32,000 bases of DNA, taken from assembly GCA_934246625.1 (NCBI GenBank), contig CAKQHZ010000002.1, positions 90,001 through 122,000 on the forward strand, in the 5' to 3' direction. The stretch's first letter is position 1. Every line of letters begins with the position of its first letter. A program made the position numbers and the translations under genes. The stretch is from an uncultured Alphaproteobacteria bacterium. Its GTDB lineage: Bacteria; Pseudomonadota; Alphaproteobacteria; Rs-D84; CACZYB01. The notes beneath the pieces were generated by a model. The model did no database searches. It was not told where the DNA came from and saw nothing but the letters and a program-made list of their open reading frames with translations. This document shows positions 25,295-32,000 of this stretch, piece after piece.

Positions 25295-28200
25295 ATGTCA
25301 AATTTTAGCAAAATATTTCAGCTTTTTTCGAAAGGATTTTGCAAAAGTTTAATTTTTTATTTCTCTTTTTACTTAATATTTTCCCCTTTATTTTCTTTTC
25401 AAGTTTTTGCTCAAACTTTGCCAATTAATCCAATTCCCAACAATGCAACATTAGGCACTTTTTCAAATAATATTCCTGTTCTTAATATAACAAAACCAAC
25501 AACATCTGGGGTGTCGGTTAATAAGTTTCATAATTTCAATGTTGGTAAAGAAGGATTGATTGTAAATAATCTTAATTTACAAAATTATAATATAACTTAT
25601 AAATCTGCATTATCTAATCAACATGTCGAGTTTAATCCGAATTTTCGTAATGGTGATGCTGCTAAAATTATTTTGAATGAAGTTGTTTCAAATTCAAAAA
25701 CATTGATGAATGGATATACGGAAATTTATGGTCGTAAAGCAGATTATATTGTTGCTAATCCAAATGGTATAACTTGTAATGGTTGTGGTTTTATAAATAC
25801 ATCTAGGCTTTCTTTGATAACGGGATCATCTAATATTGTAAATGGAGATATAGAAAATTTTAATATAGCACCAACTGCCGAATTAAGAATTAATGGAGTT
25901 GGTGCAGAGAATTTCGCCTTTTATAGCTCCAGTCCAGCAGATATTGTTTCAAATGCAATAAAAATTTCAGGAAATATTTTATCAAATAGTGATTTAAGAA
26001 TACTATCAGGTAATGATAAATATAATTGGAAAAATCAAGATGTATCATCGAATAGTAATGTTAATACAGAACTTGCGGTTGATGTTTCAGCTCTTGGCGG
26101 TATAAAGGCGGGTAATATTAAAATTATAGCAACACAAAAAGGTTTCGGAATAAATCTTGATGGTGATGTTATTGCAGATACTGATAATATTGAAATTACT
26201 GCAGATGGAGAAATCAAAGTTAAAAATCTTGTTGCTCAGAATAATATAGTTACTACTTCTAATGATAAAATTACTGCTATTGATAATGGAGAATTGGTAT
26301 CAAATAACTTAATTTATTTTGATGCAGGAAATATTTTATTAAATAAAAGTAAATTAGTTTCCAATGATATATATTTGTTAAGTAATGAAGATTTTATCAA
26401 TAATACAGGTATTGTAAATTCAAATAACAATTTATTTATAGGAGTAAATGGAAATTTTACAAATTCTTCAAATATTATTTCTAAGAATAACTTTGAATTA
26501 CAAGTTCTTGGCAATATAAGTAATAAGAAAAATGCTAACTTAATTGCATATAATGATTTTGATATAATAACAAATAATGATTTAGAAAATATTGGAAAAA
26601 TAAATACAGGGAATAATCTTTTTATAAGTGCATTAAATCTAAACAATTATGGTCAATTACTTTCAAACTATGATATGGATTTATATATCGGTAATGATCT
26701 TATAAATTATCGTGGTTCAGGTATTTTAGCCGGTAATGATATACACCTTTATATAGGAAATAACCTTATCAATTACAAAGCTGATATTTATGCAGGAAGG
26801 GATTTAATTATCGAAGGAAGAAATGATTTAAGTGTTAATTATCAATCATTAGATACAAATAAAACTTATGATAACCCTTATATAGAGGCAGAAACAGATC
26901 CAAACATAACAGTTGTTAATATTCCATTTACATATACTGATGTTCCCGATGATGAAGATGTAAATCTTACTTTAACACTTGCAAATGGAGAAGTTGTTGA
27001 TATTCCACCAAGCTATATAAAAGATGATGCCAAAGCTGGAGATAAATTTGTATATAAAGGATATATATTTATTTTTGGAGAAGAAAGTATCACAGAAATT
27101 GACGTTCCAAATTCTGCATACCAAACTTGTGTAGGTGATGAATGTGTTGGAATACCACAAACAATTAAGAAAACCATATACAATTATAGTGGTACTGATA
27201 AATTTACGATAAAGGATAATAATGGCAACAACATTTCCTATACTGAAACTATACCTGCGGGTGATCCAAATGATGAAAAAATAGTTTTAGATAGTACAAA
27301 TGTTGTGGATAACAATGTATTAGATAAATTAAAAAATATTACGACTAATTATCCATTTATAAATAATTTTTTTAATAATTTCGTAAATTATGCTGGAAAA
27401 ATAGAGGCAAAGCGAAATATTGAAATTTCCTCAAATTCTATCACAAATAAAGGATTTGATTATAATACTGGAGATAAAGCTATAACAAAACATTATCACA
27501 AAATCAGAAATGAAGCCTGTGGTTGGATTTGTGGTTGGAAAGTTTTAGGTCAGGAAGAAATTGATAGTATAAATCTTAATAGTTTACCCTCATCAATTGT
27601 TGCTGGTGGAATAATAGCTCTTAATTCAACAAAAAATATTTTGAATCAAAACAGTATTCTTTCTTCAAAGGGAGATATATTTATTAAAACAAATAATCTT
27701 CAAAACCTTACTACAAGTGAAATTATAAATTTTATTGTAAATATGCAAAGAATTAAATTAAGAAAAAAAGGTTTAAAGATAAGAAAAAAAACTGAAAACA
27801 AACCTGAAATAACTAAAAAACGTGTTTATAATAAACAAAGGGCAACAATCCTTGCGGGTGGTAATTTATCAATTGTATCAAGTGAACATATAAAAAATGA
27901 TCAAAATGTAAATCCAAATGGAGATATTGTCGCTACTCTTACAAACAAAAATATAGAAGAAGCTGTTATCCCTGTTGATATAGAATTACCAGTAGGAAAT
28001 AATGGTCGTTTTAAGATTTCTGAAGGTAGTAAATATCTTATTGAAAATAATGTTCCATTTATAAATGTAGAAAATTATGTCGGAAGCGATTATTTCTTTG
28101 ATGGCAAAGGTGCTCTTTTTAATGGTGTTGATACGAATAAAATCATCGGGGATCCTGCCTATGAAACAAAGATAATTATGGATGCAATTTTAAAGGCAAC

Positions 28201-31200
28201 CCAGAAACACTATCTTGCTAATGATGGAAGTATTGGTAGTGATGCCGATCAAATGAAACAACTTTATGATAACGCATTAGAAGTTCGAGAAGAATTAGGT
28301 TTAAAAGTCGGTATTGCATTAAACAAAAGTCAGATTACAAACCTTAAAAAAGATATTATTTGGTATATTACAAAGGAAGTGAATGGTGAAAAGGTTCTTG
28401 TTCCAGAATTATATTTATCACAAGCAACCTTAAATGTAATAGATAATAATAATGGATCAAAAATTAGTGGGTTTAATGTAGGTATTGAATCTGATTATGT
28501 ATCAAACTATGGAAATATTACATCAAACAATATTCTTTCTGTAAAATCTAATAGCCTTGTAAATGAAAGCAATGATAATCAAGTTGCGACAATGAAATCC
28601 AAACGATTAACAACAATAGATTCTAAAAATATTGCAAACCTATCAGGTAATATAGAAGGTAAAATAACCCAAATAAAGTCCGATAATCTGATAAATCAAA
28701 CAAAAGTATTAAGTTCAGATTATGATGATAAATATGAACTTAAGAAACATACTGAAATAGCAGGAAATATTGCAACTATCAGTGGTGAGAAAGGATTGTC
28801 TATAGAAGCAAATAATGCTTTAGTTAATAGTGGAGCAAAGATAGAAAGTAAAGATGGCAATGTAAATATAAAAGCTGGAACTGCAACATTTAATACTATC
28901 CAGCTTCATAATAGGACAGAAACAAAAAAGACTAGTGATAACCTAGTTTCCAAAAAAACTAAAATATCAATCAAAGATACTATTGAAAATAAGGAAAGTG
29001 AAATAAATGCAGGTGGAAACTTTAATCTTTCAACATCAAATGATGCAAATTTTGCCGGAGCAAATATGTCGGTTGGTGGTGATGCATTGCTTGATATTGG
29101 TGGGCAAACCAATATCTTGGATGTGAAAGATACGGAGTTTAATTACTCCAAAACTACAAAGTCTTATGCTGGTGGAGTGTATTCTAAAAAGGATACAATA
29201 ATAGATGAAAACGAAATACTTAAAAATTCAAATATTACTGTAAAAAATGGATTAAATATTGTTTCAAATAAAGATGTTAATGTTGTAGCAAGCAATATAG
29301 ATATAGGTGGAAATGCAAATCTTCTTGCTGGATATAAACTTACAGAAAGTGGTGTAGAAAAGACAGGAAATAAAGCTAATGTAAATATAATAAATGATAT
29401 TGAAACTTCTTCTCATTATAAAAAACATGAAAAAATAAATGGTCTTGATTTTGATAATTTTGATATATCAGCAAGTAATGGAAAAATTTCTGCAAATATT
29501 GATATTTCTTCTGCTAAAGAAAATGAATTAAAAGAAAATACAAATAATGTTGTGTCATCAAATCTAAATATCGCTGGTAATTTAAATATATCAACAACAA
29601 ATGATATAAATATCAAGGCATCAAATATAGATGCTAGTGTAAATAGTTATTTGAATGCAGATAATGATATAAATATCATAAATGATTTTAATACCTCAAA
29701 AAGCGAAAATATAGAAAAAGATATTACAAAATCAGTTGGGGGAAATGTTGGAAATGGCTATGTTGATGTTGCTTATGCAACTAAGGCTTTGATTGATGCA
29801 GAACAGTCTGTAAAAAAAGCAAAAAAGGAATTGAAAAAGATTAAAGAGGCTCGTGATAGAGGTGAAGTAAGTAATGAAGCCGTAAAAGATGCAGAACTTA
29901 ATTTATCCCTTGCAATTATCAACTTTACAAATGCTGAAATTGCATTAGCATCAAGTATTGCTGGAGCAGCTTCTGCTGCTGCAAGTAGTTATGGAACAGG
30001 TTTTTATATTTCAGGTTCTTTGACTGATGATATAGATAAATACACTGAAAATTCAACTTTTTCACAAGCAGTAGGAAGCAATTTAACTGCTGAAAACATA
30101 TCTTTAAAATCTGGTAATAATATGACACATATAGGTTCAAATATCGTTGCAAATGATACAATTTCCTATGATATAACAAATAAATTAAAGGTGTTTGCAG
30201 GAGAAAATACTTACCGTTCTGAATCCTATAATGAACATATTACAGCAGGAGCATCATACGGAAATAATGCTGTTCAAGGTAATGTTGGATATGATAAATC
30301 AAGAAATGTTTCCAGTGGAACAAGTTTTACAAATTCCAATATAATTGCAGAAAATATTCAAATAAAGACTGGTAGTGATGCTAAATTTGATGGTGCAAAT
30401 GTCAGTGCAAACGAAAACCTTGTCGCCTCTGTTGGTGGCGATTTAATCATTGAATCAAAACAGGATTCTGATTATGCGAAGGGAAAAAGTTTCGGAATGA
30501 GTTTATCCGGTGGTGCGGGTGTTAGAAAAGAAGCTGTTGGTAAAGGTTCTGTTGGTATCGGGTTTAACACAGGAAAATCAAATCATGACAGTAGTTGGGT
30601 TAATGATATGACCGAGCTGACAGCGAAAAATGTTGATATAAATGTAGCAGGAAAAACTTCACTTACTGGTGCAATGATTGATGGAAGTGAAAGCCTCCAC
30701 CTTGCAACAAATGAACTTGAATTTAAAGATTTGCACGATTTTGAACGCTCAACTGAAACAGGATATGGTGTAAATACAGGTGTTGGTATCTCAACGAATA
30801 AAGAAAAAACAAACCTTCATCCAAACGGTGAAACTTCCCTTACTTTAAATGATAAAGGATATAATAAAGAGCAAATTACCCGTGCGACAATTGGCAAAGG
30901 TGTAATTGAGGTTGTCCAAGGTTCTGATTTGACAGGTCTTAACCGTGACACCTCAAAAGTCCAAGAAATTACAAAGGATATGACAACCGGCACCCTTAAT
31001 ACTACCGCAAATATAGATAACCGAGTATTTACAAGTGAAGGTAGAAATAGTATAGTAAATGAGCATAAAGACTTAAAAGAAAATACTATTATGACATTAA
31101 AAGATATGTCTGTTGCAGCGATTACAACTATAGGATTGTTATGGGGAGGTATAGAATATGCATATTCTTATATTTTAAATGAAGAAAAACCAAATATTAT

Positions 31201-31585
31201 TATTGATAATGAAAAAAATAAAATTATGTTTACAAAAAATATTTTTGCTTCAAATATCTTGGGAGTAGATGGAGCTATTACTTTAGGAAATATACAATTA
31301 TATTACAATAAAAATAATCCATATAAAATTGTAGCACCGTATAGTACTACAGATTATGGTTTTATGCCATTAGAATATCATGAGGATGCTCATATAAATC
31401 AATGGCATAGGGATGGTGCTCTAAAATTTATATGGAATTGGTTACAAAATGGAGGGGCAAGTATGCATAATAGTTATGAACGAGAAGCTAGTTTAGAAGG
31501 TATGAATAGATTAAAAGATGAAGGTGTTTATCATATTATTCAAAATAATAAATATAAATATTACAAAAATGGAGAAATAGAATGA
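25295..31585 (+). CDS. TpsA-family exoprotein (filamentous haemagglutinin / CdiA-like) with a variable C-terminal HExxH module
   Basis: Signal peptide ending VFA-QT. The TPS secretion domain has ILNEV...ANPNGITCNGCGFIN...LITG. About 1500 aa of Asn/Gly/Ile-rich beta-helical repeats follow. The conserved GLNRDTSKVQEITKD region comes before an AT-rich C-terminal tail containing HEDAH (31379-31393). Confidence 0.93.
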   Translation: MSNFSKIFQLFSKGFCKSLIFYFSFYLIFSPLFSFQVFAQTLPINPIPNNATLGTFSNNIPVLNITKPTTSGVSVNKFHNFNVGKEGLIVNNLNLQNYNITYKSALSNQHVEFNPNFRNGDAAKIILNEVVSNSKTLMNGYTEIYGRKADYIVANPNGITCNGCGFINTSRLSLITGSSNIVNGDIENFNIAPTAELRINGVGAENFAFYSSSPADIVSNAIKISGNILSNSDLRILSGNDKYNWKNQDVSSNSNVNTELAVDVSALGGIKAGNIKIIATQKGFGINLDGDVIADTDNIEITADGEIKVKNLVAQNNIVTTSNDKITAIDNGELVSNNLIYFDAGNILLNKSKLVSNDIYLLSNEDFINNTGIVNSNNNLFIGVNGNFTNSSNIISKNNFELQVLGNISNKKNANLIAYNDFDIITNNDLENIGKINTGNNLFISALNLNNYGQLLSNYDMDLYIGNDLINYRGSGILAGNDIHLYIGNNLINYKADIYAGRDLIIEGRNDLSVNYQSLDTNKTYDNPYIEAETDPNITVVNIPFTYTDVPDDEDVNLTLTLANGEVVDIPPSYIKDDAKAGDKFVYKGYIFIFGEESITEIDVPNSAYQTCVGDECVGIPQTIKKTIYNYSGTDKFTIKDNNGNNISYTETIPAGDPNDEKIVLDSTNVVDNNVLDKLKNITTNYPFINNFFNNFVNYAGKIEAKRNIEISSNSITNKGFDYNTGDKAITKHYHKIRNEACGWICGWKVLGQEEIDSINLNSLPSSIVAGGIIALNSTKNILNQNSILSSKGDIFIKTNNLQNLTTSEIINFIVNMQRIKLRKKGLKIRKKTENKPEITKKRVYNKQRATILAGGNLSIVSSEHIKNDQNVNPNGDIVATLTNKNIEEAVIPVDIELPVGNNGRFKISEGSKYLIENNVPFINVENYVGSDYFFDGKGALFNGVDTNKIIGDPAYETKIIMDAILKATQKHYLANDGSIGSDADQMKQLYDNALEVREELGLKVGIALNKSQITNLKKDIIWYITKEVNGEKVLVPELYLSQATLNVIDNNNGSKISGFNVGIESDYVSNYGNITSNNILSVKSNSLVNESNDNQVATMKSKRLTTIDSKNIANLSGNIEGKITQIKSDNLINQTKVLSSDYDDKYELKKHTEIAGNIATISGEKGLSIEANNALVNSGAKIESKDGNVNIKAGTATFNTIQLHNRTETKKTSDNLVSKKTKISIKDTIENKESEINAGGNFNLSTSNDANFAGANMSVGGDALLDIGGQTNILDVKDTEFNYSKTTKSYAGGVYSKKDTIIDENEILKNSNITVKNGLNIVSNKDVNVVASNIDIGGNANLLAGYKLTESGVEKTGNKANVNIINDIETSSHYKKHEKINGLDFDNFDISASNGKISANIDISSAKENELKENTNNVVSSNLNIAGNLNISTTNDINIKASNIDASVNSYLNADNDINIINDFNTSKSENIEKDITKSVGGNVGNGYVDVAYATKALIDAEQSVKKAKKELKKIKEARDRGEVSNEAVKDAELNLSLAIINFTNAEIALASSIAGAASAAASSYGTGFYISGSLTDDIDKYTENSTFSQAVGSNLTAENISLKSGNNMTHIGSNIVANDTISYDITNKLKVFAGENTYRSESYNEHITAGASYGNNAVQGNVGYDKSRNVSSGTSFTNSNIIAENIQIKTGSDAKFDGANVSANENLVASVGGDLIIESKQDSDYAKGKSFGMSLSGGAGVRKEAVGKGSVGIGFNTGKSNHDSSWVNDMTELTAKNVDINVAGKTSLTGAMIDGSESLHLATNELEFKDLHDFERSTETGYGVNTGVGISTNKEKTNLHPNGETSLTLNDKGYNKEQITRATIGKGVIEVVQGSDLTGLNRDTSKVQEITKDMTTGTLNTTANIDNRVFTSEGRNSIVNEHKDLKENTIMTLKDMSVAAITTIGLLWGGIEYAYSYILNEEKPNIIIDNEKNKIMFTKNIFASNILGVDGAITLGNIQLYYNKNNPYKIVAPYSTTDYGFMPLEYHEDAHINQWHRDGALKFIWNWLQNGGASMHNSYEREASLEGMNRLKDEGVYHIIQNNKYKYYKNGEIE

Positions 31586-31935
31586 AGTATAAATATATTT
31601 TCTTATTTATTTTATTATCATGTGATATAACAAAATTAAATTATCCACTTGATATAGAAAATAAATTTCCTAATGAAATTTTTGTTGAGGCCTGCGATTA
31701 TTCAAACAAATGTTCTTTTGTTCATAATTATAAATTTGATTTATATAAAAATGCAAAATATGGAATAGTTTATTCCCCAGTAAAAATATTAAATTTTTAT
31801 GATAATAAACATAATTTATTATATTCATATACAAATGAAGAATTAAAAAATATAAAAATAAGTGCAGGTTATTCTTTAAGTAGTAAAAATATTTGTGCTA
31901 CTGTTACAAAAAATGGTCTAATGATAAATGACTAA
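31582..31935 (+). CDS. Small lipoprotein, candidate immunity protein for the TpsA C-terminal toxin
   Basis: The ATG overlaps the tpsA TGA (ATGA). The signal peptide MKYKYIFLFILLSC carries a lipobox (LLSC). 117 aa, in the position a cdiI gene normally occupies. Confidence 0.65.
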   Translation: MKYKYIFLFILLSCDITKLNYPLDIENKFPNEIFVEACDYSNKCSFVHNYKFDLYKNAKYGIVYSPVKILNFYDNKHNLLYSYTNEELKNIKISAGYSLSSKNICATVTKNGLMIND

Positions 31936-32000
31936 ACTACTAACTTACATATTTCTTTTCTTATTTTCATTTACCTCATCAGTAAATGCCTGCTATTTTG
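31928..32000 (+). CDS. Start of a second small lipoprotein-like gene (runs off the window)
   Basis: The ATG at 31928 overlaps the previous gene by 8 nt. MTKLLTYIFLFLFSFTSSVNAC is a signal peptide with a lipobox-like VNAC. Only 24 codons are visible. Confidence 0.4.
   Translation, partial: MTKLLTYIFLFLFSFTSSVNACYF

Noticed and set aside
26035-30179. Six 60-110 aa minus-strand ORFs inside tpsA, plus 21832-22041 and 23391-23579 inside the helicase gene
   Set aside because: They are shadow ORFs within long uninterrupted genes and have no independent start signals.

Overview
AT-rich window (GC looks about 30% by eye) from a diderm bacterium. I cannot name the species. Bases 1-8.3 kb look like core genome: a 5'-truncated outer-membrane beta-barrel gene, tRNA-Gly(GCC), a membrane/coiled-coil protein, and a five-gene minus-strand efflux operon (TolC-like lipoprotein, HlyD-like adaptor, fused double ABC ATPase, two ABC-2 permeases; YbhGFSR-like). 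The operon sits 21 nt downstream of a co-directional tRNA-Leu(GAG). From tRNA-Arg(UCU) (8774-8850) onward the window is accessory. A roughly 10.6 kb defence-type island carries a serine recombinase, a Type III R-M pair (mod/res), a HEPN-like Rx4H protein, a hipB-hipA-X cluster with a phased operator array, a GmrSD-like DUF262/DUF1524 Type IV nuclease, and a tyrosine integrase killed by one in-frame TAG. Next come a possible MBL-fold gene remnant and an HU gene. After those lies a 1395-aa single-gene SF1 (Upf1/DNA2-like) helicase fused to a C-terminal Vsr/DUF559-like endonuclease, flanked by near-identical terminators. A 415-bp structured non-coding region follows. The window ends with a 2096-aa TpsA/CdiA-like exoprotein whose AT-rich C-terminal module carries an HExxH zincin motif, followed by two small overlapping lipoprotein genes (candidate immunity). 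The best candidates for something undescribed are the helicase-nuclease giant, the hipBA third gene, and the zincin-tipped CDI-like toxin with lipoprotein immunity. All calls come from reading motifs by eye; no database search was possible.
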